Shown: positions 19,732 to 30,121, counted from the stretch's first letter. The stretch is DNA of 64,000 nt from an uncultured Acidobacteriota bacterium (GCA_963734115.1 CAVTFV010000008.1:211581-275580), one strand, 5' to 3'. Notes: generated by a model not told the origin, from the letters alone. Made by a program: numbers and translations.

Positions 19732-20358
19732 TTACTCCCGGAATCCGAACTCCACCTGGAGTGTTACCGTCACCGATGATGTCCCCGGCTGGATCGGGGT
19801 CGATGCTCTCTCAGGCGCCATGTCGGCAGCCATCATCCTCGGCATCGGCAGCACCGGACCCTGGATCGTCTCAGTTATGGAGGTCGCCTTACCGAGCGTG
19901 TGCCCGGATAGGGCCGCCAGTTGCTCTGCCTTGGCCTTGGCGTCGTTCCAGGCCGCTTCCCGCGCCCTTGCCAGGAGTGACGTCTCGTCGGCGACGCCGA
20001 AGGTGAGGCCGTTGACCCTGGTCTCGTCGCCCCCGGCGGAGGCTATGGAGTCGAGCAGTGGGCCGGTGGTTGCGATGTCACGAAGCTTGGCTCGGACGGT
20101 GTTGCTCACTCGATAACCCAGCAACCGCTGGCTGTTGGTGGAGTAGTCGTACTCGGGGCGGATGGAGTATTCGGTGGTCGCCATGTCGTCGGCGGCAATA
20201 CCACCCGCGGTGAGGGCCGAGGACACAGCCTCCGCCCGTTCCGCTGCAATCCGCGTGGCCTCCTGAACTGTGTCGGAGAGGGCCGAGACACCGACATCTA
20301 ATTCGACGATGTCCGGGGCGGCGCTTGCCTCCCCGGCAGCTGAAACCGCGATACCCAC
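19732..20358 (-). CDS. SIMPL/DUF541-domain protein (no signal peptide)
   Basis: LLGYRVSNTVRAKLRD...AWNDAKAKAEQLA core. It is a paralog of the next gene but lacks the N-terminal roughly 58 aa. Confidence 0.75.
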   Translation of the reverse strand: MGIAVSAAGEASAAPDIVELDVGVSALSDTVQEATRIAAERAEAVSSALTAGGIAADDMATTEYSIRPEYDYSTNSQRLLGYRVSNTVRAKLRDIATTGPLLDSIASAGGDETRVNGLTFGVADETSLLARAREAAWNDAKAKAEQLAALSGHTLGKATSITETIQGPVLPMPRMMAADMAPERASTPIQPGTSSVTVTLQVEFGFRE

Positions 20359-20397
20359 AAACGACCTCCAGATCGCGCCTGCGGTGGAGCCTATCCC

Positions 20398-21177
20398 TCA
20401 GCCGGCGAGGCCGAACTGGACCTGGAGTGTGATGGTCACAGCCGACGTCCCCGGCTCGATCGGGGTCTCGACCGCCCGCTCGGCCGCTGCATCAGCGGCG
20501 TAGGGGATCGGAATCGGAGGCATGCTCACAGTCTCGGTGATCGTGGTTGCCTCGCCCAGCGTCTGCCCGGAGAGCTCGGCGAGCTGGCTGGCCTTGGTCA
20601 TCGCGTCATTCCATGCCGCCTCCCTGGCGGCGGCGACCAATTCGTCGTTGTCCTCGATGCTGAATGAGAGCCCGTTGACTACGACATCGTCCCCACCTGC
20701 GACAGCGGCTGCGTCCAGGACTGCGCCAGTGCTGTCGAGGTCCCGGATCTTCGCTTCGACCGTGTTGCTGACCCGATACCCGATGAGCCGCTGTTCGTTG
20801 CTCGAGTAGTCGTATTCGGGGTATATCGAATAGTCGGTGGTGGTGATGTCCTCTTCGGCGACACCGTTGGAGGTCAGTGAATCGATGAGTGCCTGGGCCT
20901 TCTCAGCCGCCGTGGTGGCTGCCTGGTCGACGGTCTCACCGAGGACCGAGACACCGAGGCCGACCTCGACGGTGTCTGGCGTGCCGGTCACCTCGCCCAT
21001 CCCCGATACCGAGATGCCCGAGGTTGCCTCTTGCGATGTGTTCACCGTGATCTCTTGTGGCGTCGACCCGGCTGCGGTGCCACAGGCGGCGAGAATGACG
21101 GCCAGGCCGCCAATAAGTGCGATGTTGCGAGGGCGTGTGGTCCATGTCATGCCGCTTGGACGAGTGGGCGGCCTCAA
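20398..21177 (-). CDS. SIMPL/DUF541-domain lipoprotein
   Basis: Signal peptide with lipobox (LAVILAACG), then LIGYRVSNTVEAKIRD...AWNDAMTKASQLA. Confidence 0.8.
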   Translation of the reverse strand: MRPPTRPSGMTWTTRPRNIALIGGLAVILAACGTAAGSTPQEITVNTSQEATSGISVSGMGEVTGTPDTVEVGLGVSVLGETVDQAATTAAEKAQALIDSLTSNGVAEEDITTTDYSIYPEYDYSSNEQRLIGYRVSNTVEAKIRDLDSTGAVLDAAAVAGGDDVVVNGLSFSIEDNDELVAAAREAAWNDAMTKASQLAELSGQTLGEATTITETVSMPPIPIPYAADAAAERAVETPIEPGTSAVTITLQVQFGLAG

Positions 21178-21452
21178 CGGTTCCTGGTGCCGACGACCTT
21201 TCCATCTATGACGAGGATGCCCTCAGACTTGAGGAGGTCCGCCTGTCTTTCCTTGCCGGGGGTGCGGATGACTCCGCGGGCGCCGACCACACGCCACCAA
21301 GGGACGTCCCCATCGCAAGTTCGGAGAACCGTGCCCACCGCACGCGCCGCACCAGGGAACCCTGCCTGATCGGCGACCTCGCCATAGGTGACCACCTCGC
21401 CCCGCTCCAGCGAGGTGATGACCTCGAGCACGGCGTCTTCAAAAGCGGTCAC
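21174..21452 (-). CDS. atl: alkyltransferase-like protein (MGMT DNA-binding domain with Trp replacing the catalytic Cys)
   Basis: 92 aa. PWWRVVG occupies the position of the PCHRV motif. Confidence 0.75.
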   Translation of the reverse strand: MTAFEDAVLEVITSLERGEVVTYGEVADQAGFPGAARAVGTVLRTCDGDVPWWRVVGARGVIRTPGKERQADLLKSEGILVIDGKVVGTRNR

Positions 21453-22069
21453 AGGGTCCCGAAAAGCCGGTCTCCCATGTCCCCGAGACCAGGTGCGATG
21501 TAGAAGCTGGGGTTCAGCTCGCGGTCGAGGGCGGCGGCCACGATGCGGACGTCCGGGTGTTTCTCTTCGATGACCGCCAGGCCTTCAGGGGCGGTGACGA
21601 CGCACACGGCGGTGATGTCCTTTGCGCCGTTCTCCTTTACCTTGTCGATGGCCCACGAGAGGGAGCCGCCGGTGGCCAGCATCGGCTCGAGAATGAGGAC
21701 TCGGGCCGAGGAGAGCTGGGGGAACTTGGTGTAGTACTCGATGGGCTCGGCCGTCTCCTCGTTCCTCTGCACGCCGGCGAAGCCGATGGCGGCATCCGGC
21801 ACAAGAGTCAGCACCGACTCGAGGAGCCCCAGCCCGGCGCGGAGGACGGCGACGGCGACCACCGGTCGCCGTAGCTGACGGCCGCTTGTCTTCTCGAGAG
21901 GGGTCTCGATCTCGACTTCGACTGTCGTCATGTCCGAGAGAGCCTCGGCCACCAGCAAGTAGCCGAGTCGTCCCGCGATCTGTCGAAACTCCGGTGGCTC
22001 GGTGTCCTTGCTGCGAAGAATGGCGAGGAGGTCGGCGGCGAGGGGGTGGTCGAGGATGGTTACGGGCAT
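21449..22069 (-). CDS. upp: uracil phosphoribosyltransferase
   Basis: 206 aa with a PRPP-binding loop (VLILEPMLATGGS). Confidence 0.9.
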   Translation of the reverse strand: MPVTILDHPLAADLLAILRSKDTEPPEFRQIAGRLGYLLVAEALSDMTTVEVEIETPLEKTSGRQLRRPVVAVAVLRAGLGLLESVLTLVPDAAIGFAGVQRNEETAEPIEYYTKFPQLSSARVLILEPMLATGGSLSWAIDKVKENGAKDITAVCVVTAPEGLAVIEEKHPDVRIVAAALDRELNPSFYIAPGLGDMGDRLFGTL

Positions 22070-22084
22070 GGGGCCGGAGATTAT

Positions 22085-24793
22085 CTAACCGGTGTTTCGC
22101 ATCCCGGCCGCGATCCCGTTGACGGTGAGGAGGAGGGCGCGGTCGAGGTCGTCGCCCACCTCGCCGTCCCGGCTGCGGGCGAGGAGGGATACCTGAAGGT
22201 AGCTGATGGGGTCGAGATAGACGTCGCGCACGCCCAGGGTGCGTCGCAATAGCGGCAGATCTCCCAACAGGTCCGGTTGGTGGCGAAGGGCGAGGATCTC
22301 CTCGGTGGCCAGCTCGCACTCGGCCCGGATCAGGTCCAGAAGCCCGCGATGCTCCTCCGCCACCAGGCTGGCCACATAGCGGCCCGCTATCTCGAGATCG
22401 GTCTTGGCCAATGTCATCTCGACATTGGAGAGGAACGTCTGGAAGAAACCCCATTCTCGTGCCATCTCGTCCAGCACATCGCCGAATCCTGCCTTCCTGG
22501 CCGCCCTGATCCCGGTTCCGACCCCGAACCAGCCAGGGACGATCTGGCGGGTCTGGGTCCAGCCGAACACCCAGGGGATGGCCCGGAGGTCCTCGATTCC
22601 GCCCACGCCACCGGGGCGTCGGGAGGGCCGGCTCCCCAGGTTGAGACGGCCCAGCTCCTCGACCGGGGTGGAGCTCAGGAAATAGGGGACCAGGCTTGGG
22701 TGCTGGACGAAGTCCCGGTATGACGAGTAAGCCTCGGCGGAGAAGAAGTCCATGGCCTCGGTCCATCGGTCGAGTGTCTCTTTGGGCTTGCGTGAGCGCC
22801 GATGAAGAAGCGAGGACTCCAGGACCGCGGAGAGGGCGAGCTCGAGGTTTCGGGCGGCGATGGCAGGGTGCCCGTATTTCTCCGAGATCACCTCGCCCTG
22901 CTCGGTGACCTTCAATTCACCGTCCACGGTGCCAAACGGCTGGGCCAGGATGGCGGCGTTGGTAGGCCCACCCCCGCGACCGATGGTGCCTCCGCGGCCG
23001 TGGAACAGCCGCAGATGGACTCCGTGCCGCTCGGCGACGTTCCGCATCGAGCGTTGGGCCTTGTAGATCTCCCATTGCGATGTGGTGATCCCGCCCTCCT
23101 TGTTGGAGTCGGAGTAGCCGAGGACGACCTCCTGGCTGTTGCCCCGGAGCTCGAGGATCTGTCGGTAGGGGGGATCATTGAAAAGAGCCTCCAGGAGTCC
23201 GCCGGCGTTCCGGAGATCGTCGATTGTCTCGACCAGGGGCACCAGACCGATCCGGGCGATGCCTCGATGAAGGTCGATCAGACCGGCCTCCCGGGCCAGA
23301 ACTGCCGTCTCGAGGACGTCGGCGGGGCTCTCGGTCATCGAGATGATGTACGACTCGATGACCTGATCCCCATAGAGGTCCTGGGCCTCCCTGATCGAGC
23401 GAAAGGCGCCGAGGGTGAGATCTGCCTGCTCGCTCAGCGTTGTGGTCAGGCCGCTCAGAGGCCGGCTGCCTTGTAGCTCGGCCGAAAGCACGTTGGATCG
23501 CAGGTCGTCCGCCATCGTCCGGTAGTCGACACCGACCAGGGAGAACAACTCGGTGACTGCGTCGCGATGCTTGCTCGCGTGCTCGCGGACATCGAGGGTC
23601 GCCATTTGAAATCCAAACGTCTCCACCGACCGACGCATCCGAGACACGGCCCCGTGGGCGATCAATTCCCCGCGGGCGCGGGAGAGTGACTCCGCCATCA
23701 GGTCGAGATCGGCGATGAGCTCATCGGGGTGGGCATAGTCCCTGCGATCGAAATGGGGCAGGCCTTGCTGAAGCCGCCGGTTGGTGTTGACGAGTCGGGC
23801 CCGGATATAGGAGCACTCGAGGCGGTAGGGCTCGGCAGCCGTTCGTCGACCCTCGCGCTGCCAGACCTCGGGTAGCGCCTCGCGGTCCGATGCCAAGGAC
23901 GCCCTCATCTCGTCACTGATCGGTGCCAGGCGCTCGGACACCGAGAGCTCGTCGGCGAGTTCTTCGATGAGTCCGATGAGGTGGCGGATTCCGCGATCGT
24001 GCTGGAGGAGAAGGGTTTCGAGTGTGGTCTCCGGAGTGACGCCAGGGTTTCCATCACGATCGCCCCCCACCCATGACCCGAATCGGATGGGGCTCCTGCC
24101 GACGACGACTCCAAGCCGAGCCATCTCGAGTGCCACTCTCTCGCTCAGCGCGGGCATGACCTCCGATGCGATCTGCACCAGGTAGTAGAGGGCGGAGCGG
24201 GCCTCCTCGACCGGGTTTGGCTTCTCGAGCCGCAGCTCGTCGGTCTGCCAGATTTGATCGATCAACTCGGCGGAGCGGCGGTCCACGAGGATCAGATCGG
24301 AATCAGCCGCGTCGAGTCGCTGCCCGATCAGCTCGGCGAGGCGGGCGGTCTTGGTCAGTATCGAACGTCTTGCCGCTTCGGTGGGATGGGCCGTGAACAC
24401 CGGCCTCATCTCGAGTCTTTGCAGGACCTCGGCCAGGACATCGGGCTCGACGCCGGCCTCGAGGACGCGGTCAACCGTGGCCGAGAGGCCGAGCTCGGCG
24501 ATGGCGAGCTGGTCGATCCGGTGGACCTGCTCGGCGACATTGGCCAAATAGAAGTAAGTGGTGAACGCCCTGACCAGCGGGATCACCTCGTCGATCTCCA
24601 GATCGGCGAGCCGGTGGTCGAGTTGTGCAGCAGCCTCGGTGCTCCCGCCCCGGCGGGACGACTTGCCCAACGCTCGGACCTCTTCGACCAGTTCGAGGAG
24701 CTCGGGGCCGTGCTGACGAACCAGGGCATCGCCTAGCTGGTTGCCGAGACGTCTGATGTCGGCCCGAAGTGTCTCATCCGAGGTGGGTGTCAC
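22085..24793 (-). CDS. ppc: phosphoenolpyruvate carboxylase
   Basis: 902 aa with VFTAHPTE and FHGRGGTIGRGGGP motifs. GTG start. Confidence 0.95.
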   Translation of the reverse strand: MTPTSDETLRADIRRLGNQLGDALVRQHGPELLELVEEVRALGKSSRRGGSTEAAAQLDHRLADLEIDEVIPLVRAFTTYFYLANVAEQVHRIDQLAIAELGLSATVDRVLEAGVEPDVLAEVLQRLEMRPVFTAHPTEAARRSILTKTARLAELIGQRLDAADSDLILVDRRSAELIDQIWQTDELRLEKPNPVEEARSALYYLVQIASEVMPALSERVALEMARLGVVVGRSPIRFGSWVGGDRDGNPGVTPETTLETLLLQHDRGIRHLIGLIEELADELSVSERLAPISDEMRASLASDREALPEVWQREGRRTAAEPYRLECSYIRARLVNTNRRLQQGLPHFDRRDYAHPDELIADLDLMAESLSRARGELIAHGAVSRMRRSVETFGFQMATLDVREHASKHRDAVTELFSLVGVDYRTMADDLRSNVLSAELQGSRPLSGLTTTLSEQADLTLGAFRSIREAQDLYGDQVIESYIISMTESPADVLETAVLAREAGLIDLHRGIARIGLVPLVETIDDLRNAGGLLEALFNDPPYRQILELRGNSQEVVLGYSDSNKEGGITTSQWEIYKAQRSMRNVAERHGVHLRLFHGRGGTIGRGGGPTNAAILAQPFGTVDGELKVTEQGEVISEKYGHPAIAARNLELALSAVLESSLLHRRSRKPKETLDRWTEAMDFFSAEAYSSYRDFVQHPSLVPYFLSSTPVEELGRLNLGSRPSRRPGGVGGIEDLRAIPWVFGWTQTRQIVPGWFGVGTGIRAARKAGFGDVLDEMAREWGFFQTFLSNVEMTLAKTDLEIAGRYVASLVAEEHRGLLDLIRAECELATEEILALRHQPDLLGDLPLLRRTLGVRDVYLDPISYLQVSLLARSRDGEVGDDLDRALLLTVNGIAAGMRNTG

Positions 24794-24807
24794 GGGGCCA
24801 GGCTATT

Positions 24808-24850
24808 CAGCGTGTGCAGATGGACACGCTGTACCTGTTCGTCTGCACAC
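24808..24850. other. two overlapping, mutually exclusive inverted repeats (CAGCGTG...CACGCTG and GTGTGCAGA...TCTGCACAC) between the ppc start and the end of the xdhC pseudogene
   Basis: 7-bp and 9-bp perfect arms share sequence, so only one hairpin can form at a time. The region lies in the ppc 5' leader and the 3' end of the cox accessory operon. Confidence 0.3.
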
Positions 24851-24852
24851 GC

Positions 24853-25929
24853 TTATTCGTCCTCGGGTCGTTGCTTGTGGACCCTTCCCTCGATCCCGTG
24901 GAGCGAGAGACCGGTGCCATGTCCATAGCGAACCATGGTCATCTCGGCCAGGATGGAGACCGCCACCTCCTGCGGGCTCTCGGCGCCGATATCTAGGCCT
25001 ACCGGGCCCCGCACACGGGCTATGTCCTCCTCCGAGAAACCCATCTCATGCAGTCGCCCGACTCTGAGATCCTGCGTTCGACGGCTCCCCATGCATCCGA
25101 TGTAGCGCACCGGGCTCTTCAGACGCGGCCTCCAGCACCGGGTCTTCGTGGGGCGGGGCATGAGACAGGATGACCACCCATGTACGCCGATCGAGATCGA
25201 CTTGGCCGATGACCCTCTCCGGCCACCCGACCAGGACCCGGGCGGTAGGGAAGCGCTCCGGTGTGGCGAAGGCGCCCCGCGAGTCGATCACCGTCACCCG
25301 GTAGCCCATCTGGCCGGCGAAGTTGGCGAGAGCCTGACCGATATGGACCGCGCCCACGATCAGCATCTCCTGGGGCGGGGCGAGCGACTCGATGAACACC
25401 CCATGGGGTGGGTACTCCATGGCACGGTGCTGCTCATGATCCATGAGCACCAGGGCATCCGCCGTCACATCGGCGGCGATCTCCGATGGGAGCTCCCCGG
25501 ACACCTGCTGACCGGTGGAATCGAGAACCACCTTGGACCCCAATGATGGTCCGTCGACGAAGGTGACGACTGACCCGTACTCCTCGCGATCGAGGATGCC
25601 CTGGACCGCCTCGAGCGGCTTCACCAGGGCTCGATGAAGACGTCGATGGTCCCGCCGCAGGCCATGCCTACTTCGAAGGCGTCGTCGTCGGCGATCCCGT
25701 AGGTGACGGTCTTCGGCTTGCCCGACTCGATCACCTCTTGGGCGTGGAGGAAGACATCGTTCTCGACGCACCCGCCACTGACCGACCCTTCCATGTCTCC
25801 GGCATCCGAGACCAGGAACTTGGAGCCCTCGGGCCTGGGGGCGCTGCCCTGGACCCGGATCACCGTTGCGACGGCGACCTTCTTCCCTTCCGATGCCCAT
25901 CGGTTGCGCACTTCGATCTGATTTCTCAT
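24853..25929 (-). pseudogene. XdhC/CoxI-family accessory protein with two compensating frameshifts
   Basis: N-terminal domain (ORF 25621..25929, ...[12 protein letters not shown]). The middle Rossmann part (VKPLEAV...[29 protein letters not shown]) is in another frame. The C-terminal part ([10 protein letters not shown]...[19 protein letters not shown]) returns to the first frame. The first break maps to a C-run (FIEP-L-VKPLE is restored by adding one C). Confidence 0.7.
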
Positions 25930-27038
25930 CGCCTCGCTCCAGCCACTGAATCGAGCACCCGCACCACCCCCCGGAAGTCACTGACGCTAGCGGCGGGCAA
26001 TAGCCGATCGATGCTCGGCATCACCGCCTGCATGCCACGCGTCAGCGGCTGATATGAGGCCCTCGCCGCGAGGGGGTTGAGCCAGATCACCTGATGGACC
26101 GATCGGGCGAGTCGGGCCATTTCCGACGAGAGGACGGCGGGGTCGCCGCAATCCCAGCCGTCGGAGAGAATCATCACGACCGGGCCGCCCCTGGCCAGAC
26201 GACGGCTCCACCGTCGATTCCACTCGGCGAGAGCGTCACCGATCTGGGTCCCCCCCGACCAGTCGGTCACTCGATCGGCGACGCGGGCCAGTGCGGCCTT
26301 GGTGTCCCGACGGCGCATGTCCTCGGTGATGCGGCTGAGATGGGTGGAGAAGGTGAAGATCTCGACTTCACGCAGCCGACGCTGGGCAGCGTGGGCGAAT
26401 ACGAGGAATATGTCGGCGTACTTCTCCATCGACCCGGAGATGTCGGCGATGATGATGAGGGGGCGCTCCTTCCGCCGGCGCTGCTTCCAGCTCATAGTCA
26501 TCATGTCCCCGGTCGGTCCCACCGCGTCCCGCAGGGTGCGGCGCAGGTCGGGCCTGACCCCATCGCCGGGTGTCCATCGCCGGGTCCTGTAGTCGGTGGG
26601 ATGCCACATCATCGTCATCACCAGGCGTCGCGCCTCCTGGAGGTCCTCGTCATCGAGATCGGCGAAATCCCTGGTTGAGATCCTCTCCACCGCCGAGGCG
26701 CCACCCTGGTCGGTGACCGGCGCCACGCTGGACCCGGCCGAGCCCTGGATCGCATAACTCGACGCGTCGGTGCCCGGCTCATCCGGGTGCCGGTCGACCC
26801 ATGATGGCAGGAGGCGCCCGAAGAAGATCTCGAACTCCCGGTCGAACACCGGGATCTGATCGGGGTCGGTGACGGTCAACGAGCGCAGAGCGGCTTCGGC
26901 CTGCGACCGCCGGCTCATGTCGACCATGGAGAGGGCGCGGGCCATGTCGGTGGTCTGGTCGGAGGTGACCGTGAGACCGCGATTACGCAGGGCCGCTGAG
27001 AAGAGACTCAATTGGTCGATCAGCCCGGGCCGGCTCAT
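25926..27038 (-). CDS. coxE: VWA-domain CoxE-like accessory protein
   Basis: DISGSM MIDAS motif, C-terminal VWA. The start ATG overlaps the coxD stop (ATGA). Confidence 0.85.
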   Translation of the reverse strand: MSRPGLIDQLSLFSAALRNRGLTVTSDQTTDMARALSMVDMSRRSQAEAALRSLTVTDPDQIPVFDREFEIFFGRLLPSWVDRHPDEPGTDASSYAIQGSAGSSVAPVTDQGGASAVERISTRDFADLDDEDLQEARRLVMTMMWHPTDYRTRRWTPGDGVRPDLRRTLRDAVGPTGDMMTMSWKQRRRKERPLIIIADISGSMEKYADIFLVFAHAAQRRLREVEIFTFSTHLSRITEDMRRRDTKAALARVADRVTDWSGGTQIGDALAEWNRRWSRRLARGGPVVMILSDGWDCGDPAVLSSEMARLARSVHQVIWLNPLAARASYQPLTRGMQAVMPSIDRLLPAASVSDFRGVVRVLDSVAGARR

Positions 27039-27913
27039 CCCACCAAGCTGTCGACTCCGGCGGACCGGACCATGTCGATGTCGTCCTTGTACTTGAGCAC
27101 GACGCCGATCGTGCGGTCGATCGTTGCCGGAGACAGCTCGCCCGCCTCCAGCAAACGCAACGACTCTGCCCAATCGAGTGTTTCTGCCACTCCGGGGGGC
27201 TTGAAGAGCTCCATCTCCCTGAGCCTCCTCATCGCCTCGGCCAGAGATACCGCCAGACGCCCCTCGAGATCGGGCACCTTGCGGATGATGATCTCGGCCT
27301 CCTTGGCCGCGGTTGGATAGTCGATCCAGTGATACACACAACGACGTTTGAGGGCGTCGTGTATCTCCCGGGTGCGGTTCGACGTGAGGACGACGATCGG
27401 CCTGCTCAGTGCCTTGATCGTTCCGATCTCGGGAATCGTTATCTGGAAATCGGACAGCAACTCGAGGAGAAAGGCCTCGAACTCCTCGTCCGCCCGGTCC
27501 AACTCGTCGATGAGAAGCACCGGACGGTGCCCCTCGGTGCTGGCCTCGATCGCCTGGAGCAGGGGACGAGCGATCAGGTAGTCCCGACTCATTATGTCGT
27601 CGGGGGTGGCTTCAGCGCCCTGTCCCCTTGCCTCGAGAAGGCGGATCGCCATCATCTGGCGGGCGTAATCCCACTCGTATAGCGCCTGGCCGACGTCCAG
27701 ACCCTCATAGCACTGGAGACGGATGAGCTCGGTCCCGCCCATGGCCGCCAGGACCTTGGCCACCTCGGTCTTGCCAACTCCGGCCTCCCCCTCCAGGAAA
27801 AGCGGTCTCCCCAGTTGAACTGCGAGGTGGATGGCCACTACGAGGCTCTCGTTGGCGAAGTAGTCCTGCTCGTCGAGACGTTTCTCGAGCTCGCCGATCG
27901 TGTCGGGGATCAC
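27035..27913 (-). CDS. coxD: MoxR-family AAA+ ATPase (CoxD-like)
   Basis: Walker A GEAGVGKT, Walker B LLIDELDRAD, and the MoxR C-terminal domain. Confidence 0.9.
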   Translation of the reverse strand: MIPDTIGELEKRLDEQDYFANESLVVAIHLAVQLGRPLFLEGEAGVGKTEVAKVLAAMGGTELIRLQCYEGLDVGQALYEWDYARQMMAIRLLEARGQGAEATPDDIMSRDYLIARPLLQAIEASTEGHRPVLLIDELDRADEEFEAFLLELLSDFQITIPEIGTIKALSRPIVVLTSNRTREIHDALKRRCVYHWIDYPTAAKEAEIIIRKVPDLEGRLAVSLAEAMRRLREMELFKPPGVAETLDWAESLRLLEAGELSPATIDRTIGVVLKYKDDIDMVRSAGVDSLVG

Positions 27914-27948
27914 CGGATGAAGCCTAAACGTCGCCGTACAATCGGTCT

Positions 27949-28872
27949 GTGTACGGGGTGGCGCTCACGGTTCTCGCCTGTCTCCGCTCGGGAACCCGCG
28001 CCGACGTGGCGTGGCTGGTCGAGGCGGAAGGATTGCCCGTGACGGACTGGTCCGATGCAGTCGTGTTCACCCCTGGCGGCGGCCGGATCGGAGGATTGGC
28101 GGGCGGCGCAGTGGATGGGCAGCTGGCCGACGAGGCGGGTCGAAGGGACGTCGGTCGACTGGTCGATATCGAGGTGAGCGAGATCGACGCCTTGATCGCC
28201 GGCCTGTCGTCGGCCGGCTCCGCAAGATGCCTGCTCGTGCCGGCAGACACGCTTCCTCGAGAACTCTGGGACCTGGCGGTCGCACGGGAGCCGATCTGTC
28301 TGATCTGCAATGTCGAAGGCGGCGAAGTGGGAGACGTCAGCGTCTACACGACCGCCACGGCGGCGGGTGGCGGGGAAATCGTCGAGGGTTTGTTCGCTGC
28401 CGGCAAGAGCGGGTCGACAGTCACCGGAGATCAGGTGATCTCTGTGTTTCGGGCAGTGCCTCAGTTGGTCGTGGTGGGGGACACCGACGTCGCCACCGCT
28501 CTGGTCGAGCTGGCATCCCGGATCGGCTGGAACGCCCGCCTGGCGGCCGACTCCGGTTCGGCCACCGGCATGATCGCCACGCTGTCGGGTCAGGACAAGG
28601 TCGTGGTGACCGCGCACGATCTCGAGTTTGCGGGGACTGCGCTCAAGGCTGCCCTGGAGAGCGATGCCGGCTACATCGGGGCGATGGGCGCTCGACGGAT
28701 GCAGGAGAACCGTGCCGACTGGCTCGCCTACCGGGGGGTGACGGATCTCTCTCGAATCCATGGTCCCGCCGGACTCGACATCGGCGCCGAAACACCGGCC
28801 GAGATCGCTGTCTCGATCCTCGCCGAAGCGATCGCAGAGAACGCTGGGAATCATGTCGTTTCCAGCAGCTAG
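27949..28872 (+). CDS. XdhC/CoxI-family molybdoenzyme maturation factor (intact)
   Basis: 307 aa with the C-terminal YIGAMGARRM...GLDIGAETPAEIAVSILAE signature. Divergent from coxD. Confidence 0.85.
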   Translation: MYGVALTVLACLRSGTRADVAWLVEAEGLPVTDWSDAVVFTPGGGRIGGLAGGAVDGQLADEAGRRDVGRLVDIEVSEIDALIAGLSSAGSARCLLVPADTLPRELWDLAVAREPICLICNVEGGEVGDVSVYTTATAAGGGEIVEGLFAAGKSGSTVTGDQVISVFRAVPQLVVVGDTDVATALVELASRIGWNARLAADSGSATGMIATLSGQDKVVVTAHDLEFAGTALKAALESDAGYIGAMGARRMQENRADWLAYRGVTDLSRIHGPAGLDIGAETPAEIAVSILAEAIAENAGNHVVSSS

Positions 28873-28937
28873 CCATGGAGTACACAGGTGACCGTCACTA
28901 CACTCGATGATGGACGAGACCTTCCCGGGAGGACTGG

Positions 28938-29189
28938 ATGACCGCCCAATACGAGACCACGGCAGAGGCCCTGAAGTCGATTTGGATCAGCAGTCACGAC
29001 CACGACCCGCTCGACGAGGACTGCAGCCCCACCAAGGCCTGTCGCAACATGAAAGACGTCACATTCGACGGTTATGCCGAGCCGGGCACTGACCTCGGCG
29101 CCGCCTGGCGGGCCAAGCTGGCGCGGGAGGGAAAGCTGTCCACGTCCGGGGGGAGTGTCCGCGACCTGATCCTCGGTCAGGGCGAATAG
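28938..29189 (+). CDS. hypothetical small protein (83 aa)
   Basis: ATG-initiated ORF between xdhC and the second MoxR gene. I do not recognise a domain. Confidence 0.4.
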   Translation: MTAQYETTAEALKSIWISSHDHDPLDEDCSPTKACRNMKDVTFDGYAEPGTDLGAAWRAKLAREGKLSTSGGSVRDLILGQGE

Positions 29190-29230
29190 CCCTGGGCAAC
29201 GACGACCTCTCACCCACGCGGGATCACGCC

Positions 29231-30121
29231 GTGAGCGCCGATGGGGCATCCACACCGCCTGCGAGCGTCGATGAGGTGATCGCGCGTCTCGGCGAGGGTC
29301 GCTATCTGGCCGACCGCGGCCTGGCCACCGCCGTCTACGTCGCGCTGACACTGGGTCGCCCGCTCCTCCTCGAAGGTGAAGTGGGAGTGGGCAAGACAGA
29401 AGTGGCCAAGGTTCTGGCCACGGTCCTGGGGCGCCGCCTCATCCGTCTCCAGTGCTACGAGGGGATAGACACCAACCAGGCCCTCTACGAGTGGGACTAC
29501 GCCCGACAGATGCTCCAGATCAGGGCGCTGTCGGAACGCGAGCTGGCCGAAGACCATGTCGACAAGCTCTTCGGACCCAAATTCCTGCTCGAGCGTCCGC
29601 TGCTGACCGCGGTCAGGGAAGGTGACCGGGCGGTGCTGCTCATCGACGAGATCGATCGGGCCGACGACGAATTCGAGGCCTTCCTGCTCGAGTTGCTGTC
29701 CGACTATCAAATCACCATCCCGGAGATCGGCACTATCTCTGCCTCAGCCCCCCCGCTTGTCATCCTCACATCCAATCGCACCCGCGAGCTACACGACGCG
29801 TTGAAGCGGCGGTGTCTCTATCACTGGGTCGGATATCCGAGCGCCGAACGCGAAGTGGAGATCGTCCTGGTCCGTGCCCCTGGTGCCAGCGAAACCCTGG
29901 CCCGCAAGGTCGTCGCCGCCGTCGGCCATCTCCGCCAGCTCGATCTGGCAAAGCCACCCGGGGTTGCCGAGACGCTCGACTGGGTCGCCACTTTGAACGT
30001 TCTCGGCTCGGAAGACCTCGATGCCGGGACCGTGGAGGACACCCTCGGTGCCGTGGTCAAGGAGCGCGACGACCTCGAAACGGTCCTCGACCACCTCGAG
30101 GAGCTCGTCGCCGATGGCTGA
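29231..30121 (+). CDS. MoxR-family AAA+ ATPase, second copy
   Basis: Walker A GEVGVGKT, Walker B LLIDEIDRAD. About 60% identical to the first copy by eye. Confidence 0.9.
   Translation: MSADGASTPPASVDEVIARLGEGRYLADRGLATAVYVALTLGRPLLLEGEVGVGKTEVAKVLATVLGRRLIRLQCYEGIDTNQALYEWDYARQMLQIRALSERELAEDHVDKLFGPKFLLERPLLTAVREGDRAVLLIDEIDRADDEFEAFLLELLSDYQITIPEIGTISASAPPLVILTSNRTRELHDALKRRCLYHWVGYPSAEREVEIVLVRAPGASETLARKVVAAVGHLRQLDLAKPPGVAETLDWVATLNVLGSEDLDAGTVEDTLGAVVKERDDLETVLDHLEELVADG

Noticed and set aside
21585-22766. 393-aa minus-strand ORF rich in Arg/Pro/Gly
   Set aside because: It overlaps upp and ppc in another frame. Its composition is the classic high-GC shadow ORF, with no domain.
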